Positions 9,901 to 23,700 of a DNA stretch of 64,000 nt are shown here, piece by piece. A model generated the notes under the pieces. That model saw only the letters and a list, made by a program, of their open reading frames with translations, ran no database searches and was not told the DNA's origin. The position numbers and the translations under genes were made by a program. Positions within the stretch are counted from its first letter, which is position 1. Every line of letters starts with the position of its first letter. The DNA comes from the human T2T-CHM13v2.0 reference genome, Homo sapiens. The DNA is taken from the NCBI RefSeq assembly GCF_009914755.1, contig NC_060942.1; one strand, written 5' to 3'.

Positions 9901-12900
9901 ACACTCTTTTTGTAGTGTGTGTAAGTGGACATTTGGAGCACTTTCCGGCCTAAGGTGAGAAAGGAAATATCTTCCCATAAAAACTAGACAGAAGCATTCT
10001 CAGAAACTTACTCGTGATGTGTGTCCTCAACTAAAGGAGTAGAACCTTTCTTTCATAGAGAAGTTTTGAAACGCTCTTTTTGTGGAATCTGCAAGTGGAT
10101 ATTTGGCTAGTTTGGAGGATTTCGTTGGAAGCGGGAATTCATACAAATTGCAGACTGCAGCGTTCTGAGAAACATCTTTGTGATGTTTGTATTCAGGACA
10201 CAGAGTTGAACATTCCCTATCATAGAGCAGGTTGGAATCACTCCTTTTGTAGTATCTGGAAGTGGACATTTGGAGCGCTTTCAGGCCTATGTTGGAAAAG
10301 GAAATATCTTCCCATAACAACTAGACAGAAGCATTCTCAGAAACTTATTTGAGATGTGTGTACTCAACTAAGAGAATTGAACCACCGTTTTGAAGGAGCA
10401 GTTTTGAAACACTCTTTTTCTGGAATCTGCAAGTGGATATTTGGCTAGCTTTGGGGATTTCGCTGGAGACGGGAATACATATAAAAAGCACACAGCAGCG
10501 TTCTGAGAAACTGCTTTCTGATGTTTGCATTCTAGTCAAAAGTTGAACACTCCCTTTCATAGAGCAGTCCTGAAACACTCCTTTTGTAGTATCTGGAACT
10601 GGACTTTTGGAGCGCTTTCAGGGCTAAGGTGAAAAAGGAAATATCTTCCCATAAAAACTGGACAGAAGCATTCTCAGAAACTTGTTTATGCTGTATCTAC
10701 TCAACTAACAAAGTTGAACCTTTCTTTTGATAGAGCAGTTTTGAAATGCTCTTTTTGTGGAATCTGCAAGTGGATATTTGGCTAGTTTTGAGGATTTCGC
10801 TGGAAGCGGGAATTCATACAAATTGCAGACTGCAGCGTTCTGAGAAACATCTTTGTGATGTTTGCATTCAGGACAGAGAGTTGAACATTCCCTATCATAG
10901 AGCAGGTTGGAATCACTCCTTTTGTAGTATCTGGAAGTGGACATTTGGAGCGCTTTCTGGCCTATGTTGAAAAAGGAAATATCTTCCCATAACAACTAGA
11001 CACAAGCATTCTCAGAAACTTGTTTGTGATGTGTGCCCTCTACTGACAGAGTTGAACCTTTCTTTTCATAGAGCAGTTTTGAAACACTCTTTTTGTAGAA
11101 TCTGCAAGAGGATATTTGCATAGCTTTGAGGATTTCGTGGGAAACGGGATTGTCTTCAGGTAAAATCTAGACAGAAGCATTCTCAGAAACTTCTTTGGGA
11201 TGTTTGCATTCAAGTCACAGAGTAGAACATTCCCTTTGGTAGAGCAGGTTTGAAACACTCTTTTTGTAGTATCTGGAAGTGGACATTTGGAGCGCTTTCA
11301 GGCCTATGTTGGAAAGGGAAATATCTTCCGGTAACAACTAGGCAGAAGCATTCTCAGAAACTTATTTGAGATGTGTGTACTCAACTAAGAGAATTGAACC
11401 ACCGTTTTGAAGGAGCAGTTTTGAAACACTCTTTTTCTGGAATCTGCAAGAGGATATTTGCCTAGCTTTGAGGATTTCGTTGGAAACGGGATTGTGTTCA
11501 GATCAAATCTAGACAGAAGCATTCTCAGAAACTTCTTTGGGATGTTTGCATTCAAGTCACAGAGTAGAACATTCCCTTTGGTAGAGCAGGTGTGAAACAC
11601 TCTTTTTTTAGTATATGGAAGTGGACATTTGGAGCGCTTTCAGGCCTACGTTGGAAAAGGAAATATCTTCCCATAACAACTAGACAGAAGCATTCTCAGA
11701 AACTAGTTTCTGATGTGTGTCCTCAACTAACACAGTTGAACATTTCTTTAGACAGAACAGTTTTGAAACTCTCTTTTTGTGGAATCTGCAAGTGGCTATT
11801 TGGCTAGATTTGAGGATTTCGTTGGAAACGGGATTATATATAAAAAGCAGACAGCAGCATTCTCAGAAAGTTCTTTGTGATGATTGCATTCAAGTCACAG
11901 AATTGAACATTCCCTTTCACAGAGCAGGTTTGAAACACTCTTTTTGTAGTGTGTGTAAGTGGACATTTGGAGCACTTTCCGGCCTAAGGTGAGAAAGGAA
12001 ATATCTTCCCATAAAAACTAGACAGAAGTATTCTCAGAAACTTACTCTTGATGTGTGTCCTCAACTAAAGGAGTAGAACCTTTCTTTCATAGAGAAGTTT
12101 TGAAACGCTCTTTTTGTGGAATCTGCAAGTGGATATTTGGCTAGTTTGGAGGATTTCGTTGGAAGCGGGAATTCATACAAATTGCAGACTGCAGCGTTCT
12201 GAGAAACATCTTTGTGATGTTTGTATTCAGGACACAGGGTTGAACATTCCCTATCATAGAGCAGGTTGGAATCACTCCTTTTGTAGTATCTGGAAGTGGA
12301 CATTTGGAGCGCTTTCAGGCCTATGTTGGAAAAGGAAATATCTTCCCATAACAACTAGACAGAAGCATTCTCAGAAACTTATTTGAGATGTGTGTACTCA
12401 ACTAAGAGAATTGAACCACCGTTTTGAAGGAGCAGTTTTGAAACACTCTTTTTCTGGAATCTGCAAGTGGATATTTGGCTAGCTTTGGGGATTTCGCTGG
12501 AGGCGGGAATACATATAAAAAGCACACAGCAGCGTTCTGAGAAACTGCTTTCTGATGTTTGCATTCAAGTCAAAAGTTGAACACTCCCTTTCATAGAGCA
12601 GTCCTGAAACACTCCTTTTGTAGTATCTGGAACTGGACTTTTGGAGCGCTTTCAGGGCTAAGGTGAAAAAGGAAATATCTTCCCATAAAAACTGGACAGA
12701 AGCATTCTCAGAAACTTGTTTATGCTGTATCTACTCAACTAACAAAGTTGAACCTTTCTTTTGATAGAGCAGTTTTGAAATGCTCTTTTTGTGGAATCTG
12801 CAAGTGGATATTTGGCTAGTTTTGAGGATTTCGCTGGAAGCGGGAATTCATACAAATTGCAGACTGCAGCGTTCTGAGAAACATCTTTGTGATGTTTGTA

Positions 12901-15075
12901 TTCAGGACAGAGAGTTGAACATTCCCTATCATAGAGCAGGTTGGAATCACTCCTTTTGTAGTATCTGGAAGTGGACATTTGGAGCGCTTTCAGGCCTATG
13001 TTGAAAAAGGAAATATCTTCCCATAACAACTAGACACAAGCATTCTCAGAAACTTGTTTGTGATGTGTGCCCTCTACTGACAGAGTTGAACCTTTCTTTT
13101 CATAGAGCAGTTTTGAAACACTCTTTTTGTAGAATCTGCAAGAGGATATTTGCATAGCTTTGAGGATTTCGTGGGAAACGGGATTGTCTTCAGGTAAAAT
13201 CTAGACAGAAGCATTCTCAGAAACTTCTTTGGGATGTTTGCATTCAAGTCACAGAGTAGAACATTCCCTTTGGTAGAGCAGGTTTGAAACACTCTTTTTG
13301 TAGTATCTGGAAGTGGACATTTGGAGCGCTTTCAGGCCTATGTTGGAAAGGGAAATATCTTCCCGTAACAACTAGGCAGAAGCATTCTCAGAAACTTATT
13401 TGAGATGTGTGTACTCAACTAAGAGAATTGAACCACCGTTTTGAAGGAGCAGTTTTGAAACACTCTTTTTCTGGAATCTGCAAGAGGATATTTGCCTAGC
13501 CTTGAGGATTTCGTAGGAAACGGGATTGTCTTCAGATCAAATCTAGACAGAAGCATTCTCAGAAACTTCTTTGGGATGTTTGCATTCAAGTCACAGAGTA
13601 GAACATTCCCTTTGGTAGAGCAGGTTTGAAACACTCTTTTTTTAGTATATGGAAGTGGACATTTGGAGCGCTTTCAGGCCTACGTTGGAAAAGGAAATAT
13701 CTTCCCATAACAACTAGACAGAAGCATTCTCAGAAACTAGTTTCTGATGTGTGTCCTCAACTAACACAGTTGAACATTTCTTTAGACAGAACAGTTTTGA
13801 AACACTCTTTTTGTGGAATCTGCAAGTGGCTATTTGGCTAGATTTGAGGATTTCGTTGGAAACGGGATTACATATAAAAAGCAGACAGCAGCATTCTCAG
13901 AAAGTTCTTTGTGATGATTGCATTCAAGTCACAGAATTGAACATTCCCTTTCACAGAGCAGGTTTGAAACACTCTTTTTGTAGTGTGTGTAAGTGGACAT
14001 TTGGAGCACTTTCCGGCCTAAGGTGAAAAAGGAAATATCTTCCCATAAAAACTAGACAGAAGCACTCTCAGAAACTTACTCGTGATGTGCGTCCTCAACT
14101 AAAGGAGTAGAACCTTTCTTTTCATAGAGAAGTTTTGAAACGCTCTTTTTGTGGAATCTGCAAGTGGATATTTGGCTAGTTTGGAGGATTTCGTTGGAAG
14201 CGGGAATTCATACAAATTGCAGACTGCAGCGTTCTGAGAAACATCTTTGTGATGTTTGTATTCAGGACACAGAGTTGAACATTCCCTATCATAGAGCAGG
14301 TTTGAATCACTCCTTTTGTAGTATCTGGAAGTGGACATTTGGAGCGCTTTCAGGCCTATGTTGGAAAAGGAAATATCTTCCCATAACAACTAGACAGAAG
14401 CATTCTCAGAAACTTATTTGAGATGTGTGTACTCAACTAAGAGAATTGAACCACCGTTTTGAAGGAGCAGTTTTGAAACACTCTTTTTCTGGAATCTGCA
14501 AGTGGATATTTGGCTAGCTTTGGGGATTTCGCTGGAAGCGGGAATACATATAAAAAGCACACAGCAGCGTTCTGAGAAACTGCTTTCTGATGTTTGCATT
14601 CAAGTCAAAAGTTGAACACTCCCTTTCATAGTGCAGTCCTGAAACACTCCTTTTGTAGTATCTGGAACTGGACTTTTGGAGCGCTTTCAGGGCTAAGGTG
14701 AAAAAGGAAATATCTTCCCATAAAAACTGGACAGAAGCATTCTCAGAAACTTGTTTATGCTGTATCTACTCAACTAACAAAGTTGAACCTTTCTTTTGAT
14801 AGAGCAGTTTTGAAATGCTCTTTTTGTGGAATCTGCAAGTGGATATTTGGCTAGTTTTGAGGATTTCGTTGGAAGCGGGAATTCATACAAATTGCAGACT
14901 GCAGCGTTCTGAGAAACATCTTTGTGATGTTTGTATTCAGGACAGAGAGTTGAACATTCCCTATCATAGAGCAGGTTGGAATCACTCCTTTTGTAGTATC
15001 TGGAAGTGGACATTTGGAGCGCTTTCTGGCCTATGTTGAAAAAGGAAATATCTTCCCATAACAACTAGACACAAG

Positions 15076-17785
15076 CATTCTCAGAAACTTGTTTGTGATG
15101 TGTGCCCTCTACTGACAGAGTTGAACCTTTCTTTTCATAGAGCAGTTTTGAAACACTCTTTTTGTAGAATCTGCAAGAGGATATTTGCATAGCTTTGAGG
15201 ATTTCGTGGGAAACGGGATTGTCTTCAGGTAAAATCTAGACAGAAGCATTCTCAGAAACTTCTTTGGGATGTTTGCATTCAAGTCACAGAGTAGAACATT
15301 CCCTTTGGTAGAGCAGGTTTGAAACACTCTTTTTGTAGTATCTGGAAGTGGACATTTGGAGCGCTTTCAGGCCTATGTTGGAAAGGGAAATATCTTCCGG
15401 TAACAACTAGGCAGAAGCATTCTCAGAAACTTATTTGAGATGTGTGTACTCAACTAAGAGAATTGAACCACCGTTTTGAAGGAGCAGTTTTGAAACACTC
15501 TTTTTCTGGAATCTGCAAGAGGATATTTGCCTAGCTTTGAGGATTTCGTTGGAAACGGGATTGTGTTCAGATCAAATCTAGACAGAAGCATTCTCAGAAA
15601 CTTCTTTGGGATGTTTGCATTCAAGTCACAGAGTAGAACATTCCCTTTGGTAGAGCAGGTGTGAAACACTCTTTTTTTAGTATATGGAAGTGGACATTTG
15701 GAGCGCTTTCAGGCCTACGTTGGAAAAGGAAATATCTTCCCATAACAACTAGACAGAAGCATTCTCAGAAACTAGTTTCTGAAGTGTGTCCTCAACTAAC
15801 ACAGTTGAACATTTCTTTAGACAGAACAGTTTTGAAACTCTCTTTTTGTGGAATCTGCAAGTGGCTATTTGGCTAGATTTGAGGATTTCGTTGGAAACGG
15901 GATTACATATAAAAAGCAGACAGCAGCATTCTCAGAAAGTTCTTTGTGATGATTGCATTCAAGTCACAGAATTGAACATTCCCTTTCACAGAGCAGGTTT
16001 GAAACACTCTTTTTGTAGTGTGTGTAAGTGGACATTTGGAGCACTTTCCGGCCTAAGGTGAGAAAGGAAATATCTTCCCATAAAAACTAGACAGAAGCAT
16101 TCTCAGAAACTTACTCGTGATGTGTGTCCTCAACTAAAGGAGTAGAACCTTTCTTTCATAGAGAAGTTTTGAAACGCTCTTTTTGTGGAATCTGCAAGTG
16201 GATATTTGGCTAGTTTGGAGGATTTCGTTGGAAGCGGGAATTCATACAAATTGCAGACTGCAGCGTTCTGAGAAACATCTTTGTGATGTTTGTATTCAGG
16301 ACACAGAGTTGAACATTCCCTATCATAGAGCAGGTTGGAATCACTCCTTTTGTAGTATCTGGAAGTGGACATTTGGAGCGCTTTCAGGCCTACGTTGGAA
16401 AAGGAAATATCTTCCCATAACAACTAGACAGAAGCATTCTCAGAAACTAGTTTCTGATGTGTGTCCTCAACTAACACAGTTGAACATTTCTTTAGACAGA
16501 ACAGTTTTGAAACACTCTTTTTGTGGAATCTGCAAGTGGCTATTTGGCTAGATTTGAGGATTTCGTTGGAAACGGGATTACATATAAAAAGCAGACAGCA
16601 GCATTCTCAGAAAGTTCTTTGTGATGATTGCATTCAAGTCACAGAATTGAACATTCCCTTTCACAGAGCAGGTTTGAAACACTCTTTTTGTAGTGTGTGT
16701 AAGTGGACATTTGGAGCACTTTCCGGCCTAAGGTGAAAAAGGAAATATCTTCCCATAAAAACTAGACAGAAGCACTCTCAGAAACTTACTCGTGATGTGT
16801 GTCCTCAACTAAAGGAGTAGAACCTTTCTTTTCATAGAGAAGTTTTGAAACGCTCTTTTTGTGGAATCTGCAAGTGGATATTTGGCTAGTTTGGAGGATT
16901 TCGTTGGAAGCGGGAATTCATACAAATTGCAGACTGCAGCGTTCTGAGAAACATCTTTGTGATGTTTGTATTCAGGACACAGAGTTGAACATTCCCTATC
17001 ATAGAGCAGGTTTGAATCACTCCTTTTGTAGTATCTGGAAGTGGACATTTGGAGCGCTTTCAGGCCTATGTTGGAAAAGGAAATATCTTCCCATAACAAC
17101 TAGACAGAAGCATTCTCAGAAACTTATTTGAGATGTGTGTACTCAACTAAGAGAATTGAACCACCGTTTTGAAGGAGCAGTTTTGAAACACTCTTTTTCT
17201 GGAATCTGCAAGTGGATATTTGGCTAGCTTTGGGGATTTCGCTGGAAGCGGGAATACATATAAAAAGCACACAGCAGCGTTCTGAGAAACTGCTTTCTGA
17301 TGTTTGCATTCAAGTCAAAAGTTGAACACTCCCTTTCATAGTGCAGTCCTGAAACACTCCTTTTGTAGTATCTGGAACTGGACTTTTGGAGCGCTTTCAG
17401 GGCTAAGGTGAAAAAGGAAATATCTTCCCATAAAAACTGGACAGAAGCATTCTCAGAAACTTGTTTATGCTGTATCTACTCAACTAACAAAGTTGAACCT
17501 TTCTTTTGATAGAGCAGTTTTGAAATGCTCTTTTTGTGGAATCTGCAAGTGGATATTTGGCTAGTTTTGAGGATTTCGTTGGAAGCGGGAATTCATACAA
17601 ATTGCAGACTGCAGCGTTCTGAGAAACATCTTTGTGATGTTTGTATTCAGGACAGAGAGTTGAACATTCCCTATCATAGAGCAGGTTGGAATCACTCCTT
17701 TTGTAGTATCTGGAAGTGGACATTTGGAGCGCTTTCAGGCCTATGTTGAAAAAGGAAATATCTTCCCATAACAACTAGACACAAG
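15076..17785 (+). repeat. 16-mer HOR structural variant U8 (second copy)
   Basis: Unit spacing is 2710 bp. It has the same junction as U3 and the same private marker TCTGAAGTG (4936 and 15783). Confidence 0.95.
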
Positions 17786-20700
17786 CATTCTCAGAAACTT
17801 GTTAGTGATGTGTGCCCTCTACTGACAGAGTTGAACCTTTCTTTTCATAGAGCAGTTTTGAAACACTCTTTTTGTAGAATCTGCAAGAGGATATTTGCAT
17901 AGCTTTGAGGATTTCGTGGGAAACGGGATTGTCTTCAGGTAAAATCTAGACAGAAGCATTCTCAGAAACTTCTTTGGGATGTTTGCATTCAAGTCACAGA
18001 GTAGAACATTCCCTTTGGTAGAGCAGGTTTGAAACACTCTTTTTGTAGTATCTGGAAGTGGACATTTGGAGCGCTTTCAGGCCTATGTTGGAAAGGGAAA
18101 TATCTTCCCGTAACAACTAGGCAGAAGCATTCTCAGAAACTTATTTGAGATGTGTGTACTCAACTAAGAGAATTGAACCACCGTTTTGAAGGAGCAGTTT
18201 TGAAACACTCTTTTTCTGGAATCTGCAAGAGGATATTTGCCTAGCCTTGAGGATTTCGTTGGAAACGGGATTGTCTTCAGATCAAATCTAGACAGAAGCA
18301 TTCTCAGAAACTTCTTTGGGATGTTTGCATTCAAGTCACAGAGTAGAACATTCCCTTTGGTAGAGCAGGTTTGAAACACTCTTTTTTTAGTATATGGAAG
18401 TGGACATTTGGAGCGCTTTCAGGCCTACGTTGGAAAAGGAAATATCTTCCCATAACAACTAGACAGAAGCATTCTCAGAAACTAGTTTCTGATGTGTGTC
18501 CTCAACTAACACAGTTGAACATTTCTTTAGACAGAACAGTTTTGAAACTCTCTTTTTGTGGAATCTGCAAGTGGCTATTTGGCTAGATTTGAGGATTTCG
18601 TTGGAAACGGGATTACATATAAAAAGCAGACAGCAGCATTCTCAGAAAGTTCTTTGTGATGATTGCATTCAAGTCACAGAATTGAACATTCCCTTTCACA
18701 GAGCAGGTTTGAAACACTCTTTTTATAGTGTGTGTAAGTGGACATTTGGAACACTTTCCGGCCTAAGGTGAAAAAGGAAATATCTTCCCATAAAAACTAG
18801 ACAGAAGCATTCTCAGAAACTTACTCGTGATGTGTGTCCTCAACTAAAGGAGTAGAACCTTTCTTTTCATAGAGAAGTTTTGAAACGCTCTTTTTGTGGA
18901 ATCTGCAAGTGGATATTTGGCTAGTTTGGAGGATTTCGTTGGAAGCGGGAATTCATACAAATTGCAGACTGCAGCGTTCTGAGAAACATCTTTGTGATGT
19001 TTGTATTCAGGACACAGAGTTGAACATTCCCTATCATAGAGCAGGTTGGAATCACTCCTTTTGTAGTATCTGGAAGTGGACATTTGGAGCGCTTTCAGGC
19101 CTATGTTGGAAAAGGAAATATCTTCCCATAACAACTAGACAGAAGCATTCTCAGAAACTTATTTGAGATGTGTGTACTCAACTAAGAGAATTGAACCACC
19201 GTTTTGAAGGAGCAGTTTTGAAACACTCTTTTTCTGGAATCTGCAAGTGGATATTTGGCTAGCTTTGGGGATTTCGCTGGAGGCGGGAATACATATAAAA
19301 AGCACACAGCAGCGTTCTGAGAAACTGCTTTCTGATGTTTGCATTCAAGTCAAAAGTTGAACACTCCCTTTCATAGAGCAGTCCTGAAACACTCCTTTTG
19401 TAGTATCTGGAACTGGACTTTTGGAGCGCTTTCAGGGCTAAGGTGAAAAAGGAAATATCTTCCCATAAAAACTGGACAGAAGCATTCTCAGAAACTTGTT
19501 TATGCTGTATCTACTCAACTAACAAAGTTGAACCTTTCTTTTGATAGAGCAGTTTTGAAATGCTCTTTTTGTGGAATCTGCAAGTGGATATTTGGCTAGT
19601 TTTGAGGATTTCGTTGGAAGCGGGAATTCATACAAATTGCAGACTGCAGCGTTCTGAGAAACATCTTTGTGATGTTTGTATTCAGGACAGAGAGTTGAAC
19701 ATTCCCTATCATAGAGCAGGTTGGAATCACTCCTTTTGTAGTATCTGGAAGTGGACATTTGGAGCGCTTTCTGGCCTATGTTGAAAAAGGAAATATCTTC
19801 CCATAACAACTAGACACAAGCATTCTCAGAAACTTGTTTGTGATGTGTGCCCTCTACTGACAGAGTTGAACCTTTCTTTTCATAGAGCAGTTTTGAAACA
19901 CTCTTTTTGTAGAATCTGCAAGAGGATTTTTGCATAGCTTTGAGGATTTCGTGGGAAACGGGATTGTCTTCAGGTAAAATCTAGACAGAAGCATTCTCAG
20001 AAACTTCTTTGGGATGTTTGCATTCAAGTCACAGAGTAGAACATTCCCTTTGGTAGAGCAGGTTTGAAACACTCTTTTTGTAGTATCTGAAAGTGGACAT
20101 TTGGAGCGCTTTCAGGCCTATGTTGGAAAGGGAAATATCTTCCGGTAACAACTAGGCAGAAGCATTCTCAGAAACTTATTTGAGATGTGTGTACTCAACT
20201 AAGAGAATTGAACCACCGTTTTGAAGGAGCAGTTTTGAAACACTCTTTTTCTGGAATCTGCAAGAGGATATTTGCCTAGCTTTGAGGATTTCGTTGGAAA
20301 CGGGATTGTGTTCAGATCAAATCTAGACAGAAGCATTCTCAGAAACTTCTTTGGGATGTTTGCATTCAAGTCACAGAGTAGAACATTCCCTTTGGTAGAG
20401 CAGGTGTGAAACACTCTTTTTTTAGTATATGGAAGTGGACATTTGGAGCGCTTTCAGGCCTACGTTGGAAAAGGAAATATCTTCCCATAACAACTAGACA
20501 GAAGCATTCTCAGAAACTAGTTTCTGATGTGTGTCCTCAACTAACACAGTTGAACATTTCTTTAGACAGAACAGTTTTGAAACTCTCTTTTTGTGGAATC
20601 TGCAAGTGGCTATTTGGCTAGATTTGAGGATTTCGTTGGAAACGGGATTACATATAAAAAGCAGACAGCAGCATTCTCAGAAAGTTCTTTGTGATGATTG

Positions 20701-23700
20701 CATTCAAGTCACAGAATTGAACATTCCCTTTCACAGAGCAGGTTCGAAACACTCTTTTTGTAGTGTGTGTAAGTGGACATTTGGAGCACTTTCCGGCCTA
20801 AGGTGAGAAAGGAAATATCTTCCCATAAAAACTAGACAGAAGCATTCTCAGAAACTTACTCGTGATGTGTGTCCTCAACTAAAGGAGTAGAACCTTTCTT
20901 TCATAGAGAAGTTTTGAAACGCTCTTTTTGTGGAATCTGCAAGTGGATATTTGGCTAGTTTGGAGGATTTCGTTGGAAGCGGGAATTCATACAAATTGCA
21001 GACTGCAGCGTTCTGAGAAACATCTTTGTGATGTTTGTATTCAGGACACAGAGTTGAACATTCCCTATCATAGAGCAGGTTGGAATCACTCCTTTTGTAG
21101 TATCTGGAAGTGGACATTTGGAGCGCTTTCAGGCCTATGTTGGAAAAGGAAATATCTTCCCATAACAACTAGACAGAAGCATTCTCAGAAACTTATTTGA
21201 GATGTGTGTACTCAACTAAGAGAATTGAACCACCGTTTTGAAGGAGCAGTTTTGAAACACTCTTTTTCTGGAATCTGCAAGTGGATATTTGGCTAGCTTT
21301 GGGGATTTCGCTGGAGGCGGGAATACATATAAAAAGCACACAGCAGCGTTCTGAGAAACTGCTTTCTGATGTTTGCATTCAAGTCAAAAGTTGAACACTC
21401 CCTTTCATAGAGCAGTCCTGAAACACTCCTTTTGTAGTATCTGGAACTGGACTTTTGGAGCGCTTTCAGGGCTAAGGTGAAAAAGGAAATATCTTCCCAT
21501 AAAAACTGGACAGAAGCATTCTCAGAAACTTGTTTATGCTGTATCTACTCAACTAACAAAGTTGAACCTTTCTTTTGATAGAGCAGTTTTGAAATGCTCT
21601 TTTTGTGGAATCTGCAAGTGGATATTTGGCTAGTTTTGAGGATTTCGCTGGAAGCGGGAATTCATACAAATTGCAGACTGCAGCGTTCTGAGAAACATCT
21701 TTGTGATGTTTGCATTCAGGACAGAGAGTTGAACATTCCCTATCATAGAGCAGGTTGGAATCACTCCTTTTGTAGTATCTGGAAGTGGACATTTGGAGCG
21801 CTTTCTGGCCTATGTTGAAAAAGGAAATATCTTCCCATAACAACTAGACACAAGCATTCTCAGAAACTTGTTTGTGATGTGTGCCCTCTACTGACAGAGT
21901 TGAACCTTTCTTTTCATAGAGCAGTTTTGAAACACTCTTTTTGTAGAATCTGCAAGAGGATATTTGCATAGCTTTGAGGATTTCGTGGGAAACGGGATTG
22001 TCTTCAGGTAAAATCTAGACAGAAGCATTCTCAGAAACTTCTTTGGGATGTTTGCATTCAAGTCACAGAGTAGAACATTCCCTTTGGTAGAGCAGGTTTG
22101 AAACACTCTTTTTGTAGTATCTGGAAGTGGACATTTGGAGCGCTTTCAGGCCTATGTTGGAAAGGGAAATATCTTCCGGTAACAACTAGGCAGAAGCATT
22201 CTCAGAAACTTATTTGAGATGTGTGTACTCAACTAAGAGAATTGAACCACCGTTTTGAAGGAGCAGTTTTGAAACACTCTTTTTCTGGAATCTGCAAGAG
22301 GATATTTGCCTAGCTTTGAGGATTTCGTTGGAAACGGGATTGTGTTCAGATCAAATCTAGACAGAAGCATTCTCAGAAACTTCTTTGGGATGTTTGCATT
22401 CAAGTCACAGAGTAGAACATTCCCTTTGGTAGAGCAGGTGTGAAACACTCTTTTTTTAGTATATGGAAGTGGACATTTGGAGCGCTTTCAGGCCTACGTT
22501 GGAAAAGGAAATATCTTCCCATAACAACTAGACAGAAGCATTCTCAGAAACTAGTTTCTGATGTGTGTCCTCAACTAACACAGTTGAACATTTCTTTAGA
22601 CAGAACAGTTTTGAAACTCTCTTTTTGTGGAATCTGCAAGTGGCTATTTGGCTAGATTTGAGGATTTCGTTGGAAACGGGATTATATATAAAAAGCAGAC
22701 AGCAGCATTCTCAGAAAGTTCTTTGTGATGATTGCATTCAAGTCACAGAATTGAACATTCCCTTTCACAGAGCAGGTTTGAAACACTCTTTTTGTAGTGT
22801 GTGTAAGTGGACATTTGGAGCACTTTCCGGCCTAAGGTGAGAAAGGAAATATCTTCCCATAAAAACTAGACAGAAGTATTCTCAGAAACTTACTCTTGAT
22901 GTGTGTCCTCAACTAAAGGAGTAGAACCTTTCTTTCATAGAGAAGTTTTGAAACGCTCTTTTTGTGGAATCTGCAAGTGGATATTTGGCTAGTTTGGAGG
23001 ATTTCGTTGGAAGCGGGAATTCATACAAATTGCAGACTGCAGCGTTCTGAGAAACATCTTTGTGATGTTTGTATTCAGGACACAGGGTTGAACATTCCCT
23101 ATCATAGAGCAGGTTGGAATCACTCCTTTTGTAGTATCTGGAAGTGGACATTTGGAGCGCTTTCAGGCCTATGTTGGAAAAGGAAATATCTTCCCATAAC
23201 AACTAGACAGAAGCATTCTCAGAAACTTATTTGAGATGTGTGTACTCAACTAAGAGAATTGAACCACCGTTTTGAAGGAGCAGTTTTGAAACACTCTTTT
23301 TCTGGAATCTGCAAGTGGATATTTGGCTAGCTTTGGGGATTTCGCTGGAGGCGGGAATACATATAAAAAGCACACAGCAGCGTTCTGAGAAACTGCTTTC
23401 TGATGTTTGCATTCAAGTCAAAAGTTGAACACTCCCTTTCATAGAGCAGTCCTGAAACACTCCTTTTGTAGTATCTGGAACTGGACTTTTGGAGCGCTTT
23501 CAGGGCTAAGGTGAAAAAGGAAATATCTTCCCATAAAAACTGGACAGAAGCATTCTCAGAAACTTGTTTATGCTGTATCTACTCAACTAACAAAGTTGAA
23601 CCTTTCTTTTGATAGAGCAGTTTTGAAATGCTCTTTTTGTGGAATCTGCAAGTGGATATTTGGCTAGTTTTGAGGATTTCGCTGGAAGCGGGAATTCATA